Below, piece by piece: positions 1 through 10,841 of a DNA stretch of 63,156 nt (position 1 is the stretch's first letter; every line of letters begins with the position of its first letter). The notes beneath the pieces are model-generated. The model was not told the DNA's origin and did no database searches. It saw only the letters and a list, made by a program, of their open reading frames with translations. Source of the stretch: an uncultured virus (IMG/VR IMGVR_UViG_3300046331_000190). Its lineage: Duplodnaviria > Heunggongvirae > Uroviricota > Caudoviricetes. The translations under genes were made by a program, and so were the position numbers. The DNA lies in IMG/VR virus record IMGVR_UViG_3300046331_000190. One strand, given 5' to 3'.

Positions 1-2048
1 GCTTGTTGTTGTGGAGTTGCAGCTTTTACTGGAGCTTTATACTCCTCATCTGTTACATAACCTTGTGGTATAGTACTTTGTGACTCATCAGGTAACTGAA
101 ACTGCTCGTTAGGATCTATTTCAGTAGGAAAGTAAGGGTTAACGTTTTGTTTTTTCAACTCTTCGTTTTTAAACTGATCCCAACGATATCCAAGTTTAGA
201 ATCAAACATACCTCCAGTTGGTTGTCCATACTGTTTATGTAACTCGTTGATTCTTGCTGCTCTTGCTGGATCTTGCATAATAAACTTTTGTAAAGCAAGA
301 TTATCACCAGAAGGTCCATTGTATCCAATAGATGCAGCATACTGATCCCATGAATTACTTGGAAACTTAGATGCATTCTTTACACCAGAATACTTATCAC
401 CAGGCCAAGATTGGAATCCTTTTACTTCACCACGTTTTTGATAATCAATAAGGCCGCCATATGCCATATTAGATGTAATCTTTTCTTGAACGTAATCTGG
501 TAAAGCTTTGAAGCCTGGGTTATTAATACCACCTTCTTGATACCATGCATTACCTGAGAATGTTGAACCACCACGCTTTTGGTATTCCATAGCTTCTGGT
601 GATTGCTCCATACCTTGAGGCTCTTGCATTCCTTGTAACTGTTCTGCAATCTCTGGAGGTAAAGCCATCATAGCAGCTTGAGGGATACCTTGAGGGAATC
701 CTTTCTTTGCTTCTTGAGCTAACGCTAACTGGGCAAGTTTTAACTTGTTGTTGTTCATCATCATCTCAGCAGTACGTTTCTGATACTGATCTGCATTTGG
801 ATCTGCTAAGATAGCTTTATATTTGTTTATTTCATACTGTTTAGCTAAATCAGCAGGAGTATATCCTTTGCTTGAACCAACAGATTTACCAAACTGAGCT
901 AAAGCTTGACCTTTTAACTTCATGCTTTTTGTATCAGAATAGATGAATGTACCTGGCTGCAAGTTTAACGGAGTACCACCTTGAGAGTGACGCTTACCGC
1001 CAATCTTTGAATGCTCCATCTCACCATCATTATCTAAGTCACCATAGGCAGTTTCACCACGCTCAGCTTCTAGATTAGCCATATCTCTTGGTACAGCTTG
1101 TAATGTATCCTTAACAGCATATGGATCTGGTTGACCCATCTCGTTATCAATAATACGAGAACCAAGGTCTAAACTATGACCATATTGACCACCGTAAGCC
1201 ATCATCTCACCACCTTCTTCTCTACCAATCATATTTTGTGGCATATAGAAAGGACGCTTTGAATCCCAACCATCACCCATCTGATCACCAGGGATTCTGT
1301 TACGAGTCCAGTTTGGTATATTAGTGACTACAGGTGTTTGCTTCTTACCTTTTTTTGCAGGCAAGTTTGGATAGAATACAGGACCTTGGATTATAGATTC
1401 CCAAACAGTTGGAGCATCATCCCAACCATCTCCATAGTTTGCAGCACCAACAAAAGGTTGTGGGATATATCTAATACCGCTTGCAGGAAGAGGTCCTTGA
1501 TCTTCCCAAGAGTTATCAGGTGCTACAGGTAAAGTAGAACGTTTGTTTTTTTTCACTGGTGCTTTACCCCAGCTATCATCATTGTTAGTAGCAGGTGCAA
1601 TATTACCAGTAGCTCCAAAAGGCTGAGGTATATATCTCATACCACTAGCAGGAGAAGGCATTGGCGTATTCCAAGATGGATCTGTCGCTGTTGGTAATGT
1701 AGATCTCTTATTTGTAGATTGAGGAGCTGCTTGTTCTTTTAATAAAGAAGATAAATCTTGTTGCTTTTTAAGCATCTCAAGCATCTGAAGATTTTGCTCT
1801 GCAGTACCTTTATAGTTTTTAATACCAAGGTTCTGAGCTATCTTCTTGCGAGATTGATAATCAGCATTAGCTGCTTGACCATGAGCCGCTAAATAATCAT
1901 AAACAGAAACATTAGTTGCTGCTTTTGGATATGCTGATTCAATACCTGTTGCCTGAGCCAATAACTCTTCTTGAGTAAACATTGGCTGACCACCAGTTTG
2001 ATACTGGTTAGGTTGATTAAGTGTAACTCTTACTTTATACTTCTTCAT
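1..2048 (-). CDS. Putative virion cargo/ejection protein, runs off the window edge (partial). Has a DUF3597-like putative peptidoglycan-binding domain and GG-delimited segments
   Basis: ATG at 2048 (MKKYKVRVTLNQPNQYQTGG...). Absent from the ORF track, presumably because there is no stop in the window. Hand translation gives SVYDYLAAHGQ..YQSRKKIAQNLGIKNYKGTAEQNLQMLEML (DUF3597-like) and NLEAERGE..IGGKRHSQGGTPLNL..FIYSD (resembles crAss-type cargo proteins). Phage promoter motif at 2069-2078. Confidence 0.7.
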   Translation of the reverse strand, partial: MKKYKVRVTLNQPNQYQTGGQPMFTQEELLAQATGIESAYPKAATNVSVYDYLAAHGQAANADYQSRKKIAQNLGIKNYKGTAEQNLQMLEMLKKQQDLSSLLKEQAAPQSTNKRSTLPTATDPSWNTPMPSPASGMRYIPQPFGATGNIAPATNNDDSWGKAPVKKNKRSTLPVAPDNSWEDQGPLPASGIRYIPQPFVGAANYGDGWDDAPTVWESIIQGPVFYPNLPAKKGKKQTPVVTNIPNWTRNRIPGDQMGDGWDSKRPFYMPQNMIGREEGGEMMAYGGQYGHSLDLGSRIIDNEMGQPDPYAVKDTLQAVPRDMANLEAERGETAYGDLDNDGEMEHSKIGGKRHSQGGTPLNLQPGTFIYSDTKSMKLKGQALAQFGKSVGSSKGYTPADLAKQYEINKYKAILADPNADQYQKRTAEMMMNNNKLKLAQLALAQEAKKGFPQGIPQAAMMALPPEIAEQLQGMQEPQGMEQSPEAMEYQKRGGSTFSGNAWYQEGGINNPGFKALPDYVQEKITSNMAYGGLIDYQKRGEVKGFQSWPGDKYSGVKNASKFPSNSWDQYAASIGYNGPSGDNLALQKFIMQDPARAARINELHKQYGQPTGGMFDSKLGYRWDQFKNEELKKQNVNPYFPTEIDPNEQFQLPDESQSTIPQGYVTDEEYKAPVKAATPQQQ

Positions 2049-2068
2049 AATAATATAGTATCTACTCT

Positions 2069-2078
2069 ATAATTTACT
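2069..2078 (-). promoter_or_regulatory. Putative phage promoter GTAWHTTAT(n2-4)GTAGA
   Basis: AGTAAATTAT-AGA-GTAGA upstream of the cargo gene. Confidence 0.6.
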
Positions 2079-2115
2079 AAAATATTGCTAGTTTAACAAG
2101 CTAAACTTCAAGGGT

Positions 2116-5100
2116 TTAACAGAACTCTACTTTACCACCCATTGCTTTAATCTGCTGTATCTCTTCCATAGTAAGTTCCATCTCACCACCAAACTGTGAT
2201 TTACCAAGTGCTTTCTTATAACTGCTTAGATTCTTGTTAAAGTTTTGACCCCATGTCATTTTATTACCATAGTCTGCTCTTGGTATCTGATTCATTACGG
2301 TCATATCTCCTTTTGCTGCTCTTGAAGCAAAGTCAGGATAGTACCATGCACCTAATGCATAAACACCATAGTTCTTAATATGATCAACAGCAAGTGATCT
2401 AGCAGCTTGATATTCAACCTGTGGATCTTTATCAAAGGCTGCTTTAAACGCATTAAACGTTGGGAAGGCATCATTAAACTGATCTTTCTTGTAAATCTGC
2501 TTAAGAGTACCGTCAGTGATTTGGAATGTACCTGAAGCACTAGCTCTTTTACCACCATCTCCAATAAGTTTAGTACGCATACCAACTTTTGATTGTCCTT
2601 TCTTTGAACCAGATTCTGTACCAGCAATAGCTTCAAGCATCTTATCTGGATCTAATTCTAAACCAGCAACATCAGTAGTAGGTGCTACACTATATGATTC
2701 AGGTGCTGCAGCTTCAGGTATTTTTGTTGCCGGCATATCAAAAGCAGCATAGTTTAAATCTGGAGTAAGATTAGGAACCATTGTTGGTGCCATACCTAAA
2801 GCAACATCAAGACTTGTTAAACCACCATCAGCAAAGAATCCAGGAACACTCATTTGATCTGGTTTATATAAACCATATGAGCTTGGTCCTTGAGAGTAAT
2901 CTCCACGATTCATCATTGAATCATACTGTTGATTCCATGTAGCATTCTGAGAACGTAACATCTGACGGTTTGCTTCTTCTCTTTTTGCTTGTGCATTAAG
3001 ATTAGCTCCACCAATAAATGTGTTAAGTGCAAAGAAAGGATTAAGCATAGGATTTGACTTCTGTTCTTTCTTTTGATTAGTAGTAGCAGTAGCTGTTGTA
3101 TTCTGTTTTAATATATTACTCTTCATCTGACCTGCAATACCTGCACCTTCTTGAGATACTGCATCATATATACCAAATGGATTTGTATCAGCTGGTAATT
3201 GAGCTTGAGCATCAGCTGCTTCTTGAGCTGGATTAAGATTAGGAAAGAATGGGTTTTGTTTACCAACTTGTGCTTTTACTAGACCGCCTTTCTTTTTATA
3301 AGCTAAACGTTGTACCATCTCATTATAAGCAGTACCACCTTGTTGCTTTATAAACTTAGCTTTGAAGTCATTAAATGCATCTGCTACAGAACCAGTAACA
3401 CTATTAAAAGTACTAGCTGCTCTGTCCATAAGACCAGGTTCTCCCATTGCATTAACAACGTTATACTTCGATATACCTGGTAAAGCAATACCATCTTCAG
3501 GATTATCAATAACATAAAATGCAGGATGATCTTTACTAGATGCTGTACCATGATACATCATACCATCACCAAAATAACCAATGTGTTCATGACCAGCATT
3601 ATTACCAGCATACAGCATGCGGTTAGCATAGTCTCTACTATCATTAGCTTCAGCCGTAGTTTTAGCCATCTTACCATCAAAATTATCTTTGCGGTTAAGA
3701 CCAACTAATACACCAGATAGTTGTTTAACTTCTTCTGGAAAAGCATAATTTCTTGGATCATGTAATGGCTTACCTGCATCTAATTCAGTTTGATAACCAG
3801 GAGAAGTGTATAACTCAGGAATATTACCTCTATATCCCCAAGCATTATTTCTGCCAAAGTCATATCCTTTTGCATCGCCAATCTGTCTTGCAATATCAGC
3901 ACATCCTTTTGCGGTACAAACAAACTTAGAACCAGGATACATCTTATTTAGCTCTTCAGCTTTTGCAATACCTTCAGCATCTAATGCGTTATAACCATAC
4001 TCTGATAGATCGATGTATCCTTTCTTTGGTTTAATGACTTGACCAGCTGTCTGATACTTCTGCATTCCACCATACTTCAACTCTGACATCTCTAAGAACC
4101 TCTGTTGGTTGTAAGCTACATCATCACGTCTAAAATCAGACATCATCTGTTTAGCAATCTCAGCACGATTTTGTGGATCTCTTACTTGAGCTAAGATATC
4201 AGCAATACCATTAACCATCTCCCGCTCATTACGTGTCTGACCACCTTCTTTATACCCACGACTTGGTGTAAAAGTATTCACTTGCCCTTGTACGTTTTGA
4301 AAGTTTAAAAACTTATTCAAATCTTGCTTAGGTACTCCATACTTTTGAATAATAACATCGTCCATCTGGTTTGCTATGTTCTTAAAACTTTGACTACCAT
4401 ATAAGTTTTCAAACCCTTTTCCTTTAACAAACCAGTTATCAACAGTAGGTACATCCATCCATTGACCAAATGCTTGCCAGTCACCTGGATTAATTTCTTT
4501 CTTACCACCCCAGGATGTTGACTTATAAAAATACTCTGGGCCATTTACGGTATTAACACCTACAATAGGTCTGCCACCATATGTACCAAAGTATTCAATA
4601 TCATCTTGATGAAGTGGTTTTTTAAAAGCCCCTCGTTGATCAAGAATTGTACCTCGTTCTGTAAGTGCATTAATCACATCATTACTTGATGCACCGTAAT
4701 GAGATATGTTACCAGGAACTGGGATTTTACTAACTGGTACTTGTTTTTGTAGCGTCGTTGCATTTGCAACTCGATCAGCAACGTCCAATACTTTAGCTGC
4801 TTTACCAGTTTTCTTTAATGTTTTAGCTAAAATACCTGCTGTTCCTGCACTAATCAAGTTTACTGGATCAGCAATAGCATTTATTGCAAATGCACCAATA
4901 GGGTTTTTAACACCCAATGCTTCAGATGGATCTTGGTATTTTCCTGTTAAACCTTTTACAACAGCTCTTGCAGGGATAGAAAGTATATCACTTGCAAAAG
5001 ATAAAGCCTTTTTTGCTGAATCAAGAAACGATGCATCTGGATCTATATTAGACTCACCACCTGTTTGCCAAGTAGCTCTAGCAAAAGCTCTGAAGTAAGG

Positions 5101-6246
5101 ATTACCATCTAAGTTCTTTTTATGACGTGCATAGAAAGCTGCTTTACGTTCTGGATCTTTTGGATGCTGGCCTAACTTAGAATCACCAAAGTATTTAACA
5201 GTTCCATCAGGACCAGTTACTTTGTGTGTCTTTCCTTTTCTATCAGAGCTTCTTGACACAGTGTAACCACCACCACCAAACTCAGGCATATATCCACCAA
5301 AGCTCATCTCTGATAATATCTTATGTTGAACATAATCAGGTAATGCTTGGAAACCAGGATTGTTTGTACCACCCTGTCCCATAACTTCTATACCGTATTG
5401 ACCTTTTCTCCAGCCACCACCTTTAGACTTATACCACTTAGCAGCCCAGCCATTAGCATATGCTGAAGGATATACATCATACTTAGCGCGAGCAGCAGAC
5501 TTTGCTCTTGACCATAATGCTGGATTAGTAGGAACATTTCCTCCTTTTGCCATTGTTAAAGCTTCTTGATAGCTTTCAAAATCTGTAGGGTAATCATAGT
5601 TATAATCCATTGTATCTCCACCATATTGTTTTCTTCTATGTTGATAGTTAATCCTTTCACTAGAAGTCTTTGATCTCTTAAACTTTTCACGTTCTGCAGG
5701 TGACAACTCGCTTGCTGTCTTTGGTGTATCAGAACTTACTCTTTTTGAAGGACGACATGCTGGATACCCAGCTCTACTTTCACCTTCTTGTCTACCACAT
5801 GGTTTACCACTCTTAACATCAACCCACTTTTCTGCAAACCATCTATCCAATCCACCATGTTGACCACCACTTTTCATCTTAACAGAACCTCCACACTTAT
5901 GACATGTCATAGGATCAGATCCACCATCAACTGCTTTCCAAGAATGACCACAACTAGAGCAAGTAACAGATCGACTTAATAGTCCACCATTCTGCATCAT
6001 TGGATACTCAGTAACGTTATCAGCATCAGGAAATAGATAGTCTTGATTAGGATACATCATTTGAGCTTGTCCAACATTAGGGACACCTAACACAGGATAA
6101 CTAACAGCATCCATCGTAATGTTATTAGATGGTATAGTAGTTATCTCACCAGGATGTTGCCATTGATTTTTTGGAACCTTTGGCTTACTTGGTTTCTTGT
6201 TTAAATCTTTTGTAATCTGTGATAGTAATGATCTGTTAAAACTCAT
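2116..6246 (-). CDS. 1376-aa multi-domain putative virion cargo polyprotein: Zn ribbon, small basic domains, NlpC/P60-like amidase, C-terminal lysozyme/SLT-like domain
   Basis: CSSC..CHKC; GCADIARQ..NAW..HIGYF..YHG (Cys/His peptidase-like); LEAIAGTESG..SASGTFQITDGT (transglycosylase motifs). About 15 [MYFWLK]xxGG linkers. Lies directly after the muzzle gene, where crAss-like cargo genes occur. Confidence 0.7.
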   Translation of the reverse strand: MSFNRSLLSQITKDLNKKPSKPKVPKNQWQHPGEITTIPSNNITMDAVSYPVLGVPNVGQAQMMYPNQDYLFPDADNVTEYPMMQNGGLLSRSVTCSSCGHSWKAVDGGSDPMTCHKCGGSVKMKSGGQHGGLDRWFAEKWVDVKSGKPCGRQEGESRAGYPACRPSKRVSSDTPKTASELSPAEREKFKRSKTSSERINYQHRRKQYGGDTMDYNYDYPTDFESYQEALTMAKGGNVPTNPALWSRAKSAARAKYDVYPSAYANGWAAKWYKSKGGGWRKGQYGIEVMGQGGTNNPGFQALPDYVQHKILSEMSFGGYMPEFGGGGYTVSRSSDRKGKTHKVTGPDGTVKYFGDSKLGQHPKDPERKAAFYARHKKNLDGNPYFRAFARATWQTGGESNIDPDASFLDSAKKALSFASDILSIPARAVVKGLTGKYQDPSEALGVKNPIGAFAINAIADPVNLISAGTAGILAKTLKKTGKAAKVLDVADRVANATTLQKQVPVSKIPVPGNISHYGASSNDVINALTERGTILDQRGAFKKPLHQDDIEYFGTYGGRPIVGVNTVNGPEYFYKSTSWGGKKEINPGDWQAFGQWMDVPTVDNWFVKGKGFENLYGSQSFKNIANQMDDVIIQKYGVPKQDLNKFLNFQNVQGQVNTFTPSRGYKEGGQTRNEREMVNGIADILAQVRDPQNRAEIAKQMMSDFRRDDVAYNQQRFLEMSELKYGGMQKYQTAGQVIKPKKGYIDLSEYGYNALDAEGIAKAEELNKMYPGSKFVCTAKGCADIARQIGDAKGYDFGRNNAWGYRGNIPELYTSPGYQTELDAGKPLHDPRNYAFPEEVKQLSGVLVGLNRKDNFDGKMAKTTAEANDSRDYANRMLYAGNNAGHEHIGYFGDGMMYHGTASSKDHPAFYVIDNPEDGIALPGISKYNVVNAMGEPGLMDRAASTFNSVTGSVADAFNDFKAKFIKQQGGTAYNEMVQRLAYKKKGGLVKAQVGKQNPFFPNLNPAQEAADAQAQLPADTNPFGIYDAVSQEGAGIAGQMKSNILKQNTTATATTNQKKEQKSNPMLNPFFALNTFIGGANLNAQAKREEANRQMLRSQNATWNQQYDSMMNRGDYSQGPSSYGLYKPDQMSVPGFFADGGLTSLDVALGMAPTMVPNLTPDLNYAAFDMPATKIPEAAAPESYSVAPTTDVAGLELDPDKMLEAIAGTESGSKKGQSKVGMRTKLIGDGGKRASASGTFQITDGTLKQIYKKDQFNDAFPTFNAFKAAFDKDPQVEYQAARSLAVDHIKNYGVYALGAWYYPDFASRAAKGDMTVMNQIPRADYGNKMTWGQNFNKNLSSYKKALGKSQFGGEMELTMEEIQQIKAMGGKVEFC

Positions 6247-9200
6247 CGTTGACTGATTTGTAGCTTAGTGCTTATTAGCTTAAATAACATTTTGGTTGAA
6301 CCACTCTTTATCTTACGTAAAAATACACGGTTTGCATAGTGTCTAAACTTCTTACGCTCAATCTCTGACTTCTTATAGTCAACATACTTTGGATTAAGAG
6401 CTCTTGTATATCCGTTTGACGATACATTAAACATTGGAACCTCGTTACCAACGAACTCACCTCTGTTCTTTGTAATATCCCAGAACTGGTTAAAGCGATA
6501 CTTGTTCTCTTCTTTTGAGTAGTTGATCTTTATACTATCAGATTGAACCATTGGATATAGTAACAAGCTTATAGGATCATTCTTTCTCTTTAAGTTAAGG
6601 TCTAAGTAACCTGATACTTGTTCTGAGTTATATACTAAAGCTCTATCAAAGTTATCATCAAGAAGATGGAACTTATCATTACCATCGTTCAGATACTTAA
6701 AGCACTCAAGGATGTATTCAACGTTCTTTACAGTAGCTACATTAACACCTGTTGATGCAACATACTCAACTTCAAATGGATAATCAACACCATAGAAATT
6801 ACAGTATAAGTCTGTTCTACTGTTATGTCTCCATATACCTTTATCTTGTACAGTCAAGAATGAACTTCTTGCTGGAATAATAAAGTTAGGATGCCAGTCA
6901 TGAACAGATAAAAACTGTTCGTTCTTAACATCATAACTCATTGTCCAAGATGCATTCTCAAAATGTAATGGATCACCAAGAGTTACAGCAGTCTTTGTTT
7001 GCTTAACAACACCGTTATCAATAAACTCTTCTCCTAGCGTATAGAAACCATTAATGGTATCATACTTAAGATTCTTGTTTATTGGCTTGTAATCCTTTTT
7101 AGTAATATATAAGATCTCATTAGTATTATCATAGGACATGTTACAGCCAACACCAATAAGAGGATTATCGTAGTGAGCAAAGTTTGGAAAAGCTTTGAGC
7201 AACTGAGAAGGAAGATACTTAGCAAACCACCACTTGTTACCGTTTCTTGAGATTTCTTTATACTGTCCTGCATACTGGAATATTTTACCTTGTTCCTGAG
7301 ATACCCAGAATACACCAGCTGGTATACCAACAATAGCATACTTACTCTGACATGAACCATATTGGTACTCGTCATCAGTATTCATAATGTTTCTCATTGG
7401 TTGGTTAAACAAACCGCCATCTCCAACAGTAATCTTAATACCTGCATCTGTTTGTAGTGAGTCAACACCTTGAATCATTATTGGTGATTCATTCTCTAAC
7501 ATAATTAAAGCTCCTGTATGACCAACAGACTTTAAAGCTGTTACTCTACCACTCATATCAATGTAGTTGTTAGGTAAGAAACGCACCCAGTTATCTTGCA
7601 TTTGCTCTTGCTCTTGTGGAAGAGAATACATGATTCTATTTGGTGAATAACTATAACATTGCTCAGCTACTTTTGGATCATAGCTACGAGACTGCATTGA
7701 TCCCCAACTAATATAGTTGTTGTATAACTTAGATACACTAAGAGAGTAATCATACTTGTAGTAGTTACCCTTCTTCATAATATCTGATCTAAACATTGAT
7801 GTAAGATCAGTATACTTATCTGGATCGTAGTGACGCTTATCAGGAGTCTCATCCCAATCACGATATGCTAAGTTTACTTCTGACTCTACAAAGAAGTCTC
7901 TAACCCCATTACAGAATAAGTAGAAGTGTCCTCTGTTAACATAAGAATCAACCTCATGTCTATCGTCAAGGTGTGAAAACGCTGTTGTACCATCTGTTAC
8001 TAAACGTTTTGCATCTGTATTCTCTAACCAATATCTTGGGTAAGCAACAGACATTCTTGCACGATAGTCATATAACAACTCATCTTGTTGATCGTATAAC
8101 CAATCGTGGAAGAATAAGAACGGATTTTTTTCTGTGTAACGACCAATATAGATATCTCCTCCAAATAACACATCAGTTGAATAAACCTTTGTTTTATCTG
8201 GTTGAGTTTGATACACACATGTATACACAGGAACTTGCTTTATAGATTCTAGCTGACCATACTGAGATGGAAACGCTGATTTAATGGCACCGTAGTATCC
8301 TGAGATCGCAGATTTAACCGTTGTATTAAGATCAGTCTGTAACTGAGTCTTTGTGTTTCTACTAGTATCAACTATTTTTGGAGCATCGAACTCACGAGTA
8401 GTATTAACTAATACATACTTACCTCTGTGCAAGTTATTTATTCTATACTCATTGTAAGACTGCAAGTTGTCTCCAATATAAAAGGCATCAGCTACTTTTC
8501 TACGAGCATTATCAACACCTGTGTTAATACTGTAGTTGCTATAGAATCCATGTGAGTCATACTGTGTTGCAAACTGACGCTTTGGTATCATGCTTGCAAC
8601 AACGTTTATTACCTTTTCACTATACTGATCTTTTAATAACTTAGCAGCATAGATTAAAGCAACAACGTTTGCTGTATAGATCGCAAGGTTTGCAACATAA
8701 GCAGCAATTGATATTGCACTTGTTGCAGCACCTGTAGCACCAAGAGCATCTGAAGCAGCGGCAGGAGGACCTGGTGTAGGAACACCACCGCCTAATGAGA
8801 ACTCAAACGGCTCACCTTCCGTGCCACCAAACTTAATAGTTTTCGCCGCATTTGTAAGGAGATTAGTTGCAATAAGAGTACTAAGTAATGCATCAATAGT
8901 TCCTTTTGCAGCTTCACTTAGAATCTTAAACTGTGGATGCTTGTATACATACTTGAAAGATCCTTCAGATGTACCATATACTTCACTGTAAACCTTAAGT
9001 TCAGATGCTGAAAGATATGGTTTAGAGAATGATGTGTCTGGACTATGGAAAGAGAACATGTCTTTTCTATACTCCTTAAGACCATCTTCTAAACGATTGT
9101 TTCTTGCACCACGATCAATAAAGCTCTTGTTTGACGTTAAGAAAAGATCTTCTCTTAAGTCATTGTATGGATAGTTCTGATACAAACCCTTTACTCCTGG

Positions 9201-10841
9201 TTGATCAGGCATATCATGTTGACGCATGTTGTTTAATAAACCTTTTGCAACAACAGTCTTATTACCTTCTCTTGAACCTCTAAGAATCTCATATCCGATA
9301 ATATCAGTTAATGGATTACCAGCATTATCTAATGGTACAGAAATATTCTCAAACTTAACCCCAAGAACACGTATCTTATCACCACCTTGTGATTGATGAT
9401 ATACTTGCTCAGCTAATGAGTTATCAGGAAACTTATGGTGTCTAATCTTTTCTCCACATAAGTTACCCCAGATGTCTGGTTTGTTATCTGGATAAATCTC
9501 TGTAGACTCCCAAAAGCCCATCTCTCCTTCAGCAATAAGAACACCACCATCTGCACGTTGTGTATTAGGAACAGATAAAACCTCAGCTGTGTTTTTTACT
9601 TTCCATACTTCTGGTGACTCATCTCCTTCAATAACACTTGCATCTGCAGAAAATAAGTAGTTACGCTCTTCAACACGTGGAGCTCTACCAGGAATATGGT
9701 ATGATGCAGACTTATCACCTGTATTGTATATCCATCTAATAAAGAAAGCATACTGCTCATCTCTCATGTACCCTGTATTGTTACCACCTTTTAAGTAGTA
9801 GTTTGCAGGATACTCAACACTTGCCCATTTAGTTTGGATCTTATTAGCTAATGGTTGATAGTTAAAGTCAAACTTGCTTTGTATACCAACTCTAACAAGA
9901 TAGTTGTTTAATCTAAATGTTGCATCAGATGCCTCAATTGCTGGAGTCACTAATGGGATAAGTTCAAGTGGTACTGTAATAAGATCTGGCTCAACAGAAT
10001 CAATGTAAACACGGTTCTGATTAACAGAGTATATACCTAATCTTTTGGCCGTAGTTTGATTATTTACTACTGAGATGAGTACTAACTCAAACTCATCAAA
10101 ATCTTGGTCTGTATTCGAGATATCAACAGTTAAACTACCTCCTTCTCCATCATGTTCAAACAAACCTTGTACTTCAGATACAACAAGATAGTCAGTAACA
10201 CGAATACTATTGATTGAATAAGCAATCGCTACTTGATAAGAACCGTTACGTAATGTACCAGCAGCTTTACCTTTCTCAATATTAACACAAGGTATGGTCA
10301 AGATCTGAGCAAGACGCATCTGCTCAACATCAAGAACTCCTGTTGACTGTTCAATGTAACACTCACCTTGCTTTACTTTCTTTATAACATAAGGGACGTT
10401 ATCAAGATCTAATACACGAGATGGGTTACGGCGAGCATCATCAAAGTATACTTTATATCCACAATCAAATCCTTTACGAGATGCTCCTGTAATAAGATTG
10501 TTCTTATGAAAGTTTAATCCACGATCATTAACAACAGTCTTGTATGTTCCAAGGTTAGCATCAAAAATACCTATCTCAGAATCAATGTTATCTGTTGTAA
10601 ATAAAGCCCACGTACCATCTGTAATAGGTATAGAACCAATTAACGAGTAGGGTAAATCAACTGTGTGTAAGTTAGCAGGCTCATTACCAAGAACACCAAC
10701 TTGCCCATCATGTGAGTTATTGACAGCGTTTCGTGCATGCAACCATACGCCTTCACCAACGAAGGTTTCGTTAAGGTCTTTCATCATACCTTTTGAGAAG
10801 GTATTGATTACACTAGCGTTATCTTTTGGTGATGTTGCCAT
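6243..10841 (-). CDS. Tail muzzle/stabilization protein (crAss-like Tstab, P22 gp10-like)
   Basis: 1532 aa; NTFSKGMMKDL..ARNAVN N-terminus; GYMRDEQYAFFIRW motif; C-terminal WTMSY..FLSVHDWHP; position after ring proteins. Confidence 0.8.
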   Translation of the reverse strand: MATSPKDNASVINTFSKGMMKDLNETFVGEGVWLHARNAVNNSHDGQVGVLGNEPANLHTVDLPYSLIGSIPITDGTWALFTTDNIDSEIGIFDANLGTYKTVVNDRGLNFHKNNLITGASRKGFDCGYKVYFDDARRNPSRVLDLDNVPYVIKKVKQGECYIEQSTGVLDVEQMRLAQILTIPCVNIEKGKAAGTLRNGSYQVAIAYSINSIRVTDYLVVSEVQGLFEHDGEGGSLTVDISNTDQDFDEFELVLISVVNNQTTAKRLGIYSVNQNRVYIDSVEPDLITVPLELIPLVTPAIEASDATFRLNNYLVRVGIQSKFDFNYQPLANKIQTKWASVEYPANYYLKGGNNTGYMRDEQYAFFIRWIYNTGDKSASYHIPGRAPRVEERNYLFSADASVIEGDESPEVWKVKNTAEVLSVPNTQRADGGVLIAEGEMGFWESTEIYPDNKPDIWGNLCGEKIRHHKFPDNSLAEQVYHQSQGGDKIRVLGVKFENISVPLDNAGNPLTDIIGYEILRGSREGNKTVVAKGLLNNMRQHDMPDQPGVKGLYQNYPYNDLREDLFLTSNKSFIDRGARNNRLEDGLKEYRKDMFSFHSPDTSFSKPYLSASELKVYSEVYGTSEGSFKYVYKHPQFKILSEAAKGTIDALLSTLIATNLLTNAAKTIKFGGTEGEPFEFSLGGGVPTPGPPAAASDALGATGAATSAISIAAYVANLAIYTANVVALIYAAKLLKDQYSEKVINVVASMIPKRQFATQYDSHGFYSNYSINTGVDNARRKVADAFYIGDNLQSYNEYRINNLHRGKYVLVNTTREFDAPKIVDTSRNTKTQLQTDLNTTVKSAISGYYGAIKSAFPSQYGQLESIKQVPVYTCVYQTQPDKTKVYSTDVLFGGDIYIGRYTEKNPFLFFHDWLYDQQDELLYDYRARMSVAYPRYWLENTDAKRLVTDGTTAFSHLDDRHEVDSYVNRGHFYLFCNGVRDFFVESEVNLAYRDWDETPDKRHYDPDKYTDLTSMFRSDIMKKGNYYKYDYSLSVSKLYNNYISWGSMQSRSYDPKVAEQCYSYSPNRIMYSLPQEQEQMQDNWVRFLPNNYIDMSGRVTALKSVGHTGALIMLENESPIMIQGVDSLQTDAGIKITVGDGGLFNQPMRNIMNTDDEYQYGSCQSKYAIVGIPAGVFWVSQEQGKIFQYAGQYKEISRNGNKWWFAKYLPSQLLKAFPNFAHYDNPLIGVGCNMSYDNTNEILYITKKDYKPINKNLKYDTINGFYTLGEEFIDNGVVKQTKTAVTLGDPLHFENASWTMSYDVKNEQFLSVHDWHPNFIIPARSSFLTVQDKGIWRHNSRTDLYCNFYGVDYPFEVEYVASTGVNVATVKNVEYILECFKYLNDGNDKFHLLDDNFDRALVYNSEQVSGYLDLNLKRKNDPISLLLYPMVQSDSIKINYSKEENKYRFNQFWDITKNRGEFVGNEVPMFNVSSNGYTRALNPKYVDYKKSEIERKKFRHYANRVFLRKIKSGSTKMLFKLISTKLQISQR

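Noticed and set aside
1..2048. Apparent 2-kb non-coding gap in the ORF track
   Set aside because: Hand translation shows a minus-strand CDS running off the window edge; the short ORFs listed there are shadows.
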